From contig JBAYOE010000001.1 of assembly GCA_041678405.1 (NCBI GenBank), positions 1 to 33,578 on the forward strand: DNA of 33,578 bases, read 5' to 3'. The DNA comes from Sphaerochaetaceae bacterium. Its GTDB lineage: Bacteria > Spirochaetota > Spirochaetia > Sphaerochaetales > Sphaerochaetaceae. A program made the translations under genes and the position numbers. Shown here piece after piece: positions 17,624-26,839 of the stretch. Each line of letters begins with the position of its first letter. The stretch's first letter is position 1. The notes below the pieces were generated by a model. That model saw only the letters and a program-made list of their open reading frames with translations, made no database searches and was not told the origin of the DNA.

Positions 17624-18026
17624 TACTTTTTGGAGAGCCCTAACTAACAACTGGACTGTGAAAGTCTTCTCCCTATTACTGGCAATAGGAATATTCTTCG
17701 TCGTCAATTATGCCACAGTGGATCAAAAAGTCATTGAAATACCCCTGCAGATTGTGATGCCACAAGATTATGAGGCTATAAGTACGGTTCCCCCAAATGT
17801 TAACCTTATTATCAGGAGCGACCCTCGTTACACCCGTTTGGTGGATCCTTATGATTTTAAGGCAAAAGTTGATTTCTCTTTTGTTCAGTCTGACGGAGTT
17901 TCCAGCTCCCCGGTATTATTGACAAGTGATTCAAACTATAAATCAATGAATCTTTTTTTTACTACCGACCCGGAAATTATCAGAATATACTTTGTTGCCA
18001 AAGAACAAGAGAGTACCAATGATTAG
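17613..18026 (+). CDS. YbbR-domain protein, minimal CdaR-like
   Basis: 137 aa. N-terminal TM (VFSLLLAIGIFFVV) followed by a single YbbR-like beta domain. GGAGGA RBS. Overlaps the cdaA stop. The position after cdaA is typical for cdaR. Confidence 0.6.
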   Translation: MNSSTFWRALTNNWTVKVFSLLLAIGIFFVVNYATVDQKVIEIPLQIVMPQDYEAISTVPPNVNLIIRSDPRYTRLVDPYDFKAKVDFSFVQSDGVSSSPVLLTSDSNYKSMNLFFTTDPEIIRIYFVAKEQESTND

Positions 18027-18402
18027 AGGTATCGGTTTAGATGCAGTTTCCATCAGTCGTTTGGCGAATAAGAGATTATCCGAATACGCCATAAGCCGGC
18101 TGTTTCACCCTTTGGAAGTAGAACAAGCCAAAGAGTTGAGTGTTGATGAGCAACCACGTTTCTTTGCCTCCCGTTTTGGAGCCAAAGAGGCTCTGGTAAA
18201 AGCTTTAGGGACTGGATTTCGGGCAATTTCACCCTCTGAGATTTGTGTTGTAACCGATGATCTGGGTAAACCCTCATTCTTTCTAGGAAAAGAGGTTGTT
18301 AAAAAGCTTTGCTTGGAGAACTCAACCATTCATCTCAGCCTAACCCATGAAGCTGACTTAGCTTTGGCCTTTGTTGTTGTGGAGAGTTCAGATGTCTGCT
18401 AA
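18019..18402 (+). CDS. acpS: Holo-[acyl-carrier-protein] synthase
   Basis: MIRGIGLDAVSISR... and FASRFGAKEALVKALGTG. I prefer the ATG at 18019 over the track start at 17992. Confidence 0.85.
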   Translation: MIRGIGLDAVSISRLANKRLSEYAISRLFHPLEVEQAKELSVDEQPRFFASRFGAKEALVKALGTGFRAISPSEICVVTDDLGKPSFFLGKEVVKKLCLENSTIHLSLTHEADLALAFVVVESSDVC

Positions 18403-19204
18403 TAAGTGGTCTCGGCCGACATATTTTCCGCTGGATGAAAACAAAAGGAGAATAAAACTAGTCGTCAGTTACGACGGGACAAATTTTTCGGGCTGGCAAA
18501 GGCAACAAGGGGTTCGCACCGTTCAACAAGAGCTTGAAAAAATTCTTCTCAAAATTACAAAAGAGGAAACAAGGGTACATGGGTCTGGCAGAACCGATGC
18601 CAAAGTCCATGCCCTAGGCCAGGTAGCTCATTTTGACACGTCCAATAAGAGTATACCACCAGAGGTCTTCTCTTTGGCAATTAATCAACTTATCAGCAGC
18701 GATATCAGGGTACTTGAAAGTTGTGAAGTTACCCAAAATTTCCATGCCCGCTATACTGCCGTTAAAAGAACATACCGTTATCTGATAAAAGAGATTAAAG
18801 ATATCAGGCCTTTTGATGTAAACAGAGTGTCTAGAATAAGGGAATTTCCCCCTTTGGAGCTCTTAAACGGGTATGCAAAGACAATTTTAGGGAGTCACGA
18901 CTTCTTGACATTCGGTGCAGCAGCCGACCAGAGTATCTCAACAATCAGAGATATTTATATAAGTCATTTCTTTTTTGAAACCTGTCTGTGGAATCAAAAA
19001 GTGTTGGTTTACGAGGTGTGCGGTAATGCCTTTTTAATGCATCAAGTTCGCTCAATGGTGGGAACCATGCTACAATTAGCCGAGAGGAAAGAGACCGTTG
19101 AGGAGTTTGCGAAGCGACTTGAAGCAAAAGATCGTCAAATGGCAGGAAGAACGGCAGCAGCCCACGGATTGTATCTTTATGGAATTGAACATGCAGATTT
19201 ATGA
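18392..19204 (+). CDS. truA: tRNA pseudouridine(38-40) synthase TruA
   Basis: VSYDGTNFSGWQRQ, and GSGRTDAKVHALGQVAHFD containing the catalytic Asp. The ATG at 18392 is preceded by GGAGAG. The track start is 18371. Confidence 0.88.
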   Translation: MSANKWSRPTYFPLDENKRRIKLVVSYDGTNFSGWQRQQGVRTVQQELEKILLKITKEETRVHGSGRTDAKVHALGQVAHFDTSNKSIPPEVFSLAINQLISSDIRVLESCEVTQNFHARYTAVKRTYRYLIKEIKDIRPFDVNRVSRIREFPPLELLNGYAKTILGSHDFLTFGAAADQSISTIRDIYISHFFFETCLWNQKVLVYEVCGNAFLMHQVRSMVGTMLQLAERKETVEEFAKRLEAKDRQMAGRTAAAHGLYLYGIEHADL

Positions 19205-19937
19205 TGACCGGGAAAAAAGGGAGCAGATTGCTAACTCTTTAGAGGCTACCTGGGAGCTCTTGGAAGAGTTGAAACTCTATATAGACCCCACTTTAGAAGC
19301 TGACAACAAGAGGCCCCAATTTGAAGAAGTTGCCCTACAGCTGCTACCCGATGCGAAAGAACAGTTAAGTAGGCTCTCTTTAAGCCAGTTAGAAGAGGTT
19401 TCAAAAAGCTGTCAACTCTGCCCGCTTGCCAAACAGCGAAAAAATGTTGTCTTTGGGGAGGGAAGCGGCAATGCCAAACTTATGGTTATAGGAGAAGCTC
19501 CGGGTGCTCAGGAAGATGAAGAGGGACGTCCTTTTGTCGGAAATTCTGGGCAATACTTAACTTCATGGCTTAAAGCCATAAATTTAGACCGGGAAAAATC
19601 AATTTACATAACCAACATAGTGAAATGTCGTCCTCCCGGCAACAGAGACCCGCATGAATCTGAGGCAGAAAAATGTCTATCCTACCTGAGACAGCAGATT
19701 GCTTTGATAAAGCCTGATTTAATATTGTGTTTAGGCAGAGTAGCTACCCATTATTTGCTCAATACGAGTGCTTCATTATCCTCTATGAGGATGAAAATAC
19801 ATCGCTTTGAAACAATTAGTACTATCGTTACCTACCATCCCAGTGCAGTGTTACGAAACCTCTCTTTGAGGAAAGAGGTTTGGGACGATTTGCGTTTAGT
19901 CGCTAAATTTTTAAATTTACCGGCAGGAAACCGCTAA
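19179..19937 (+). CDS. udg: Uracil-DNA glycosylase, family 4 (Fe-S type) with a ~85-aa N-terminal extension
   Basis: CQLCPL, GEAPGAQEDEEGRPFVGNSG and TYHPSAVLR motifs. The start is ambiguous (19179 or 19191). The track start at 19098 lies deep inside truA. Confidence 0.8.
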   Translation: MELNMQIYDDREKREQIANSLEATWELLEELKLYIDPTLEADNKRPQFEEVALQLLPDAKEQLSRLSLSQLEEVSKSCQLCPLAKQRKNVVFGEGSGNAKLMVIGEAPGAQEDEEGRPFVGNSGQYLTSWLKAINLDREKSIYITNIVKCRPPGNRDPHESEAEKCLSYLRQQIALIKPDLILCLGRVATHYLLNTSASLSSMRMKIHRFETISTIVTYHPSAVLRNLSLRKEVWDDLRLVAKFLNLPAGNR

Positions 19938-19938
19938 A

Positions 19939-21906
19939 ATGTACATAGATGTGGTGATTAACCGACCCTTAAATATGCGATTCACATACAAAGAAGGAGA
20001 GAGTCTGAAAGCAGAGGTCGGCTTAAGAGTTGTGGTTCCTTTTGGCAAACAGGATGTTACAGCCTACGTAGTGGATACCTTTTTTGAACTCGCCGATGTC
20101 TCATACGAAATAAAAGAGATAAAAAGAGTTGTTGATGACCAACCCCTTTTTGGTAAGAAGGAGATTGAGTTAGCCCAATGGATGGCTAACTTTTATCTGT
20201 GCAGCGAGGGGGAAGCCCTCAGTTTAATGATACCCGGAGGCAAAAGGGAAGTTGACTTACCTCATCTGCCGGTATCAGATGAGATAAACCAACAAGACTC
20301 TTTTGAGCTCTCTGATGAGCAATCAGTTGCCATAAAGAATATAACGGCAGCAAAAGAGGGCCTTTTTTATCTATGGGGAGTGACCGGTTCGGGAAAGAGT
20401 GAGGTTTTTTTGTCGGTTGCCGAAAGCGTTATAGCCGAAGGTAAACAGGTAATTTATCTGGTTCCCGAAATTACATTGACACACCAATTGGCAAAGCTGG
20501 TAACAAACAGGTTTAAAAATAAAGTAGCCATTCTTCACAGCCAAATGAAAGCTTCGCAGAGAATCTCGGCTTGGCGTAAAATCCATCGGGGAGAGGTAAA
20601 GGTGGTTATAGGGGCTCGCAGTGCAGTCTTTGCCCCCTTTAAAAATCTTGGTTTAATAATTTTAGATGAAGAACACGAAAATTCTTATAAATCGGGTTCA
20701 ACTCCCCGTTACCATGCCCGTCAGGTTGCCCAAAGGAGAGCCTCTGTCGAAAAAGCTCTATTGGTTATGGGCAGTGCAACTCCCTCTACTGAAGCTTTTT
20801 TGATGATGCAAGAAAATAGAATTGTCAAACAGACACTTAGCAGCAAAGTCGCCGGTGGGAAAGTGCCTCAAATGGTTATAGTGAACATGCTCAATGAAAA
20901 GAGGATTCTCTCAAAAACATTGCAGCAAGAGATTCATAAAACTTTGGCCAATAAAAAACAGGTAATTCTGTTTCTGAACCGAAGGGGATTTTCTTACTAT
21001 TTCCACTGCAACAGTTGCGGCTACTCTTTGAGTTGCCCCCACTGTTCGGTTGCCCTTACTTTTCATAAACATAAAAACCAACTTGTATGTCACTACTGTG
21101 GTTATAAAAAGAGCCCTGTTTCAGTTTGTCCAAACTGCAACTCGGTCGATATCGGTTATGGAGGGTTTGGAACCGAGATGGTTGAGCAAGAGGTAAAATT
21201 GTTCTTCCCAACGGCAAAAACAGAACGATTGGATACCGATTCGGCAACGGACAAAGAGAAGGTCGGTGAAATTCTAGATAACTTTCGAGACGGTAAAACA
21301 GACATTCTATTGGGCACCCAAATGGTTGCCAAAGGGCTAAACTTTCCCCTCGTTGATTTGGTTGGGATTGTTCTTGCCGACAGTTCACTTAACCTTCCCG
21401 ATTTCCGATCTCAAGAGCGGACATTCTCTTTGATTACCCAAGTCAGTGGGAGAACCGGACGTTTTAACGATGCCGGAAAAGTAATCATCCAAACATTCAA
21501 CAGTGACAACAGCGCAATCAGATTGGCAAAGGAGAATTTGGTTGAACAGTTTTATTTAGAGGAACTCCAACAAAGAAAAGAGACTAACTTTCCCCCCTAC
21601 AGTCGTTTAATAAATTTTGTCATCAGGGGCAAAGATAATAAAAAATGTGCATCGGCAATTGAACAGCTCAAAACAGAGATAGATAAAGCAATATTTTTGA
21701 CAAAGAAAAAAGGTTCTTTTTTGGATGTTTTGGGACCGACCAGTTGCCCGATTGAAAAAATTGCAGGTTCATGGCGGTATCATTTGGTTTTAAGGGGAAA
21801 TAACGTCGCTGAGATAATAAGAGTTGCCTCAATAGCAAAAGAGAGTTTTAAAGTTCCGTCGGCTCTCTATCTTGAGATAGATGTAGACCCTCTTCAGATT
21901 CTTTAA
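19939..21906 (+). CDS. priA: Primosomal protein N' (replication restart helicase)
   Basis: 655 aa. Walker A GVTGSGKS, ILDEEHE box, Cys-rich zinc region CNSCGYSLSCPHCS...CHYCGY...CPNC. Confidence 0.92.
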   Translation: MYIDVVINRPLNMRFTYKEGESLKAEVGLRVVVPFGKQDVTAYVVDTFFELADVSYEIKEIKRVVDDQPLFGKKEIELAQWMANFYLCSEGEALSLMIPGGKREVDLPHLPVSDEINQQDSFELSDEQSVAIKNITAAKEGLFYLWGVTGSGKSEVFLSVAESVIAEGKQVIYLVPEITLTHQLAKLVTNRFKNKVAILHSQMKASQRISAWRKIHRGEVKVVIGARSAVFAPFKNLGLIILDEEHENSYKSGSTPRYHARQVAQRRASVEKALLVMGSATPSTEAFLMMQENRIVKQTLSSKVAGGKVPQMVIVNMLNEKRILSKTLQQEIHKTLANKKQVILFLNRRGFSYYFHCNSCGYSLSCPHCSVALTFHKHKNQLVCHYCGYKKSPVSVCPNCNSVDIGYGGFGTEMVEQEVKLFFPTAKTERLDTDSATDKEKVGEILDNFRDGKTDILLGTQMVAKGLNFPLVDLVGIVLADSSLNLPDFRSQERTFSLITQVSGRTGRFNDAGKVIIQTFNSDNSAIRLAKENLVEQFYLEELQQRKETNFPPYSRLINFVIRGKDNKKCASAIEQLKTEIDKAIFLTKKKGSFLDVLGPTSCPIEKIAGSWRYHLVLRGNNVAEIIRVASIAKESFKVPSALYLEIDVDPLQIL

Positions 21907-22606
21907 AACCTAAATTCCTCTTAATTAAAGGAAAGTGTTTTGCATGTCCCTCTATTGCTTTTAAGGGATCTTTTGTTTTTATGGCATCCAAAATTACCGT
22001 ATGTTCATCGACAAGAACACTCATATCGGAATAACTTTGGTGGGTTTTTGCCATCTCCTTACGGGTAAATTTATCCAACAATTTAAATATTGAGAGAAAC
22101 AAAGAGTTGTTTGTCTGTTGGATTATGTAAAAATGAAAATTATAATCGGCTTTTTGGATAGCATCAAAATCGTTTTGGGCAACAGCCTTCTCAATATTAT
22201 TAAGTTCTTCTTCCAATCGGGCAATAATGGCAGAACCCTTCTCTTCATCGCTGTTACAGAGGCTGACTATATTTATGATTCCCCTCTGCTCAAAAGCTTC
22301 ACGTAACTCCAGGATTTCAAAAATAGATTTCCTTTCCAAGATAGAGAACCATGTCAATAACTCTGCCGCAACAGTGTTGTTTTTAGAGAGGAATGTCCCT
22401 TTTGGCACTCTTGTCTCAACGATACCCAGATATTGAAACACTTTAATGGCCTCTCTGATTGAAGAGCGCCCTATCCCAAACCTGCGGGCAAGTTCCAACT
22501 CAGTCGGTATTTTATCTCCCACTTTATACTCATCACTGATGATTAATTCTTTGATGCGGAACATTGCCTCGGTTACCACAGATGTTTTTTTTATCTTTTC
22601 TTCCAT
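21848..22606 (-). CDS. GntR-family transcriptional regulator (FadR/FCD subfamily)
   Basis: 252 aa. N-terminal wHTH (KIPTELELARRFGIGRSSIREAIKVFQYLGIVE) and an all-helical C-terminal domain. The last ~20 codons overlap the 3' end of priA. Confidence 0.85.
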   Translation of the reverse strand: MEEKIKKTSVVTEAMFRIKELIISDEYKVGDKIPTELELARRFGIGRSSIREAIKVFQYLGIVETRVPKGTFLSKNNTVAAELLTWFSILERKSIFEILELREAFEQRGIINIVSLCNSDEEKGSAIIARLEEELNNIEKAVAQNDFDAIQKADYNFHFYIIQQTNNSLFLSIFKLLDKFTRKEMAKTHQSYSDMSVLVDEHTVILDAIKTKDPLKAIEGHAKHFPLIKRNLGFKESEEGLHLSQDREPTEL

Positions 22607-22664
22607 ATCCTTTAGCCAATCTAGAGATTACCACAACATCAGACATTTGCAAAGAGTGGTGCAA

Positions 22665-22693
22665 TTGACGATGAGTAGAGTTGCAAGTATTAT
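22665..22693 (+). promoter_or_regulatory. Candidate sigma70 promoter of def-fmt (TTGACG-17 nt-TATTAT)
   Basis: TTGACG at 22665-22670, a 17-nt spacer, TATTAT at 22688-22693. The def ATG at 22700 is 7 nt after the -10 with no SD in between. Confidence 0.45.
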
Positions 22694-22699
22694 GTCACT

Positions 22700-23197
22700 A
22701 TGTTGAATATTTGCACACTTGGTGATTTTGTTCTGAGAGAGAAAGGGAAAAAAGTTGAACAATTTGACCATGAATTAAGAGAATTAGTTGATTTGATGTT
22801 TGAGACAATGGGAAGTGCCGATGGCATCGGTCTTGCCGCGCCTCAAATCGGTCTCTCCAAACGCATTTTTGTTGTCGATACAAGAAACCCAAAAGAGCGG
22901 TTTGTTTTTATAAATCCCCAAATTATAGAGACATGCGAGAAGCAGGTTTACTATGAAGAGGGGTGTCTGAGTATTCCGGGGATGTATGCTGACGTGCTCC
23001 GAGCAGAAGAGGTTACCGTCTTAGCACAAGATATCGACGGTAAAACCTTTACAGTCAAAGCCGACGGATTATTAGCCAGAGTAATTCAACACGAATATGA
23101 CCATCTTAACGGGATTTTATTTATAGACCGCTTGGACAAAGAGTCTAGGGATAAATTGGTTTCTGCTTATGAAAAATTAACAAAAACAGGGGGCTAG
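22700..23197 (+). CDS. def: Peptide deformylase
   Basis: 165 aa with the GLAAPQIG, EGCLSIPG and HEYDHLNG motifs. Confidence 0.93.
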   Translation: MLNICTLGDFVLREKGKKVEQFDHELRELVDLMFETMGSADGIGLAAPQIGLSKRIFVVDTRNPKERFVFINPQIIETCEKQVYYEEGCLSIPGMYADVLRAEEVTVLAQDIDGKTFTVKADGLLARVIQHEYDHLNGILFIDRLDKESRDKLVSAYEKLTKTGG

Positions 23198-23200
23198 GCA

Positions 23201-24166
23201 GTGCCTTCCAAAGAGTTGAGACTCCTTTTTGCAGGTAATCCCGAAATAGGAATCGAAAGCCTCCGAACATTAAACGACAACTTTAATGTTGTGGGTGTTT
23301 TGACGAATCCCGACAGGCCGGTGGGTCGCAGCAAAAAAGCAGAAGCCCCACCGATAAAACAGGAAGCAGAAAAACTGGGCTTATCTGTCATCCAATTTGA
23401 GCGTTTGTTAAGTGAATCAAGAGCTGTAACTCGAAGTTTAGGGGCTAATTTTTTAGTCTCGTTTGCCTGTGGTCACTATTTTGGATCAAAGTTTCTCGGT
23501 CTGTTTGAAAAAGGAGCCATTAATGTCCATCCTTCACTGTTGCCCCGTCACAGGGGGTGTGCACCACTGCAATTTGCTATTTTAAATGGCGAAACAAAAA
23601 GTGGAATAACGATTCAACGGATTGCCGGTGAGATTGACAGTGGAAATATCCTAAATCAGATGAATTTTGAAATTGACGGTAAAGATACCTATCTCTCTTT
23701 ACAGCAGAGAGTAGGAAGCCTCAGTGCTCCCTTTTTGGTAGAGACTTTAAAACAGATTATCAAAGGAGAAATAGAAGAGATTGTCCAAGATCATCAAAAG
23801 GCAACCTACACCAGATTGTTAACCAAAGAGGACGGTCTCATTGATTGGAATAAGAGTGCCAAATCCATCCATTGTCAAATCAGAGCCCTCTACCCGTGGC
23901 CGAAAGCCTACACTCTATTTAAAGATAAAACTCTGATTATCAGCGGTGTAAGTGACTGCTTGGAAAAAGTCGGCAAAGAGAGTGCCCCTCCCTGTGTTAT
24001 CCCCGGGACGGTTTTAGGGCATGTAAAGAATCGGGGGTTGGCAATTGCCTGCGGTGACGGGATTTTATATGTTAATAAGCTCCAATTGGCTCAAAAAAAA
24101 GAGCTGGACAGTGCCTCTTTTGTAAACGGCAATTCTGAAATTATCGACTCGCTTTTAGGGTGCTGA
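23201..24166 (+). CDS. fmt: Methionyl-tRNA formyltransferase
   Basis: 321 aa. NVHPSLLPRHRGCAPLQ motif. GTG start. Conserved def-fmt gene order. Confidence 0.9.
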   Translation: MPSKELRLLFAGNPEIGIESLRTLNDNFNVVGVLTNPDRPVGRSKKAEAPPIKQEAEKLGLSVIQFERLLSESRAVTRSLGANFLVSFACGHYFGSKFLGLFEKGAINVHPSLLPRHRGCAPLQFAILNGETKSGITIQRIAGEIDSGNILNQMNFEIDGKDTYLSLQQRVGSLSAPFLVETLKQIIKGEIEEIVQDHQKATYTRLLTKEDGLIDWNKSAKSIHCQIRALYPWPKAYTLFKDKTLIISGVSDCLEKVGKESAPPCVIPGTVLGHVKNRGLAIACGDGILYVNKLQLAQKKELDSASFVNGNSEIIDSLLGC

Positions 24167-24167
24167 C

Positions 24168-26399
24168 ATGGTCAAAAAGAGAGTTTTGATTCTTATTATT
24201 TTTGTGTTTGTTTTTTCTTTTATTCCCATCGGAACCAAAGACAGACCGACAGTAGCATTGGTTCTTTCCGGTGGAGGAGCCAGAGGTCTTGCCCATATCC
24301 CGGTAATTGAAGAGATTGAGCGTTTCGGAATTCCGATAGACATGGTGTTGGGAACCAGTATGGGGGCTTTGGTGGGCGGCCTTTATGCTGCCGGTTATTC
24401 CCCGTCTGATATGAGAAATCTGATTGAACAAACCGACCTAATAGGTGCCTTGGCAATTGCCACAGTTCCCCCATTATATACTCCGTTGCATGTTTTTCAA
24501 AAAAACAGGGAAAATTTATTCAGTTTTGAGTTTGACAAAGGGGGTTTGGGTAGTACCCCCAGTTTAATCGGAGACCAGCAGGTTCTAAATATTTTAAATA
24601 ATGCCCTCTCAAAAATCGCTTATATAGATGACTTTGATCGTTTGGAGATTCCTTTCCGATGTATCGGTACCGATATAATAAGCGGACAAAGATTAATTTT
24701 TTCTCAAGGATCTTTAGTCAGTGCAATCAGAGGCAGTATCTCAATTCCTGTTCTGTTCAGCCCATACCCCATAGGGAAACATTATGTGGTCGACGGGGGA
24801 CTTGTCGATAACATGCCAATCGCTTTGGCTAAAGAGATGGGAGCCGATATTGTCATAGCTGTCGATGTCAATGCAGTTGATTACGAAGTTGATGCTGAAA
24901 GTGTAAACTCAATAACTTCTCTCTTAAATCAGCTCATAGTTGTTTTGACTAAAAATACAATCACCAATCAAACACAATTAGCTGATTTGATTATCGAGCC
25001 ACCTTTGTTTGGACAGACTGTGTTGGATTTCCACAAAGCAAGTGAAATCTTGCAGGTGGGTGAAGCTGCAGTTGAAAGTTACCAAGAACAGCTAAAGACA
25101 ATAGCAGCAGTATTTGAGCAATTGGATGCTCTCGATGTAAAAGACCCAAACCGCCAAGGAACTTATTTTGCATTGGACGATGTTTATATTGCAACCGTTT
25201 CTCATAAAGCTTTAGATGTCAATATAACTGAATTTGATCTAAAACCATTTAATTCATTTATTGGTTACCCCTTTAACGACCTTCAAAAAGAGACAATCAC
25301 CGCAATGTTTGACAAAATAAGGGAGAGAGAGCGCTATGCAACTCTCACTTTTGCTTACACGGATGCAATTCAATCGGTTGACGGCAAAATTTGGGGTAAC
25401 TTGGAAGTACAGACAAGGGCTTTTGAGAAAAGAAGGTCGGAAGTGGCGGCAGGGGTTTACGGGTCGACTTCTCTTATCTTTGCTAAAGGAAACCAAGCTA
25501 AATTAGACTTTATAGGAGACCTTAAAGTTAGGTATTCGCTCTATTCGGTAGTTGATTGGAGTGTTGAAGTTGCCAACGAAGATGCTTTTAGCGTATTTAC
25601 TGCCGTCAGTAAAAGGTTTGCAAAAAAGTGGGTCGGCGGTGTTGAAGTTGGATATGTGAGCGGTGGAATACATCCTACCAACCTCCGCTCCTCCTTTAGA
25701 GGGGTTGCCTTCAGAGACAGGGCATTTATCTCCTGTATAAGCATAAAATGGGATAATCAAGATACGACATTAATCAAACTAAAAAGTAATTTAGACTATG
25801 TCAGTTTTGGTAATCCCGACCTTACTATTAATAAAAAGGGCTTTATTCCTTCATTTTCGATTGAGGCATTATATTCAACTTTAACCTACGGATTTTTCCC
25901 CCAAGAAGGACTTAGAGGCGATTTTTTGGCATCAGGTGAATTAACAAAACAGTTTGATTATCGCTTGGCTGCCCAGTTTCTAATAGCAATTCCCATCAGT
26001 AATAACGACACAATAAGCTTTAAAGTAAACGGCAGTAGTGCAACTGCTACCCTCCAGCGCAGCAGTTCATACTACGATTATGGAGGGGTAAGGGGGATTG
26101 CCACTTATTCAACGACAACCTTAGTGGACCAGATGGTGCTACTCGGTTTTGATTATTACCATTTCTTCAAGAAAAAGCCCTTAGCGGTAGTTTTATACTC
26201 CTCGTTTAAGGGGGGCTTTAAAGGGGATATTGTCTCTGACTGTGTTGTTGAAACAACCGCTCTTCCTTTTTCCAACCTAAAGAGTTACGATTTAAGTGCT
26301 GCTGTTGCTCTTGGTTTAAGCTTTGCCACAACCGATTTACTGATGGGGGTTGCTTTGGATAATAATCTAAAAGTAGCTCTGTTTATTGAGGTTCTATGA
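24168..26399 (+). CDS. Patatin-like phospholipase with a large beta-rich C-terminal (Omp85/PlpD-like?) domain
   Basis: 743 aa. Signal/anchor helix. GGGARG oxyanion motif, GTSMG nucleophile elbow, DGG catalytic Asp (VVDGGLVDN). The C-terminal ~400 aa have alternating beta-strand character. Confidence 0.8.
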   Translation: MVKKRVLILIIFVFVFSFIPIGTKDRPTVALVLSGGGARGLAHIPVIEEIERFGIPIDMVLGTSMGALVGGLYAAGYSPSDMRNLIEQTDLIGALAIATVPPLYTPLHVFQKNRENLFSFEFDKGGLGSTPSLIGDQQVLNILNNALSKIAYIDDFDRLEIPFRCIGTDIISGQRLIFSQGSLVSAIRGSISIPVLFSPYPIGKHYVVDGGLVDNMPIALAKEMGADIVIAVDVNAVDYEVDAESVNSITSLLNQLIVVLTKNTITNQTQLADLIIEPPLFGQTVLDFHKASEILQVGEAAVESYQEQLKTIAAVFEQLDALDVKDPNRQGTYFALDDVYIATVSHKALDVNITEFDLKPFNSFIGYPFNDLQKETITAMFDKIRERERYATLTFAYTDAIQSVDGKIWGNLEVQTRAFEKRRSEVAAGVYGSTSLIFAKGNQAKLDFIGDLKVRYSLYSVVDWSVEVANEDAFSVFTAVSKRFAKKWVGGVEVGYVSGGIHPTNLRSSFRGVAFRDRAFISCISIKWDNQDTTLIKLKSNLDYVSFGNPDLTINKKGFIPSFSIEALYSTLTYGFFPQEGLRGDFLASGELTKQFDYRLAAQFLIAIPISNNDTISFKVNGSSATATLQRSSSYYDYGGVRGIATYSTTTLVDQMVLLGFDYYHFFKKKPLAVVLYSSFKGGFKGDIVSDCVVETTALPFSNLKSYDLSAAVALGLSFATTDLLMGVALDNNLKVALFIEVL

Positions 26400-26839
26400 A
26401 AAATATCAGCTACCGTAAAATTTTATACTGGGCAGGAGTGATAGCGTCCCCCCTGATTTTAACAGTCCTAATTATCTTAACCCTGTTTCCATTTAGATTA
26501 GATGAGAGAATTCTTTTTAAACTCCCTTATTTCGATAAAATTGCCCATTTTATAAGTTATGCCGCTTTTAGTTGTTGTCTCTTTTTGTCTGTCGCATTTG
26601 TAAAACTCGGCGATACTTTTAAAACCATTTTGTCTAACAATAATCTGAAAGCTATTATGGTAGTTCTCCTCTCCTCTTTAATAGGGCTTATAATTGAGAT
26701 TATACAACCCTCCTTTGGCCGTTCTTTTGATCTTTTGGATGCATTGGCTAACTCACTGGGTTCAATATTTGGCCTTTTTATTGGTTCTCTGCTTTTGTTG
26801 TTTGGCTCAGCTTTAGATAAAAGAGGGCAGAATCTATGA
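26396..26839 (+). CDS. VanZ-like membrane protein
   Basis: 147 aa with 4 TM helices and an FDKIAHFISYA motif. ATGA overlap with the patatin gene. Confidence 0.65.
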   Translation: MKNISYRKILYWAGVIASPLILTVLIILTLFPFRLDERILFKLPYFDKIAHFISYAAFSCCLFLSVAFVKLGDTFKTILSNNNLKAIMVVLLSSLIGLIIEIIQPSFGRSFDLLDALANSLGSIFGLFIGSLLLLFGSALDKRGQNL

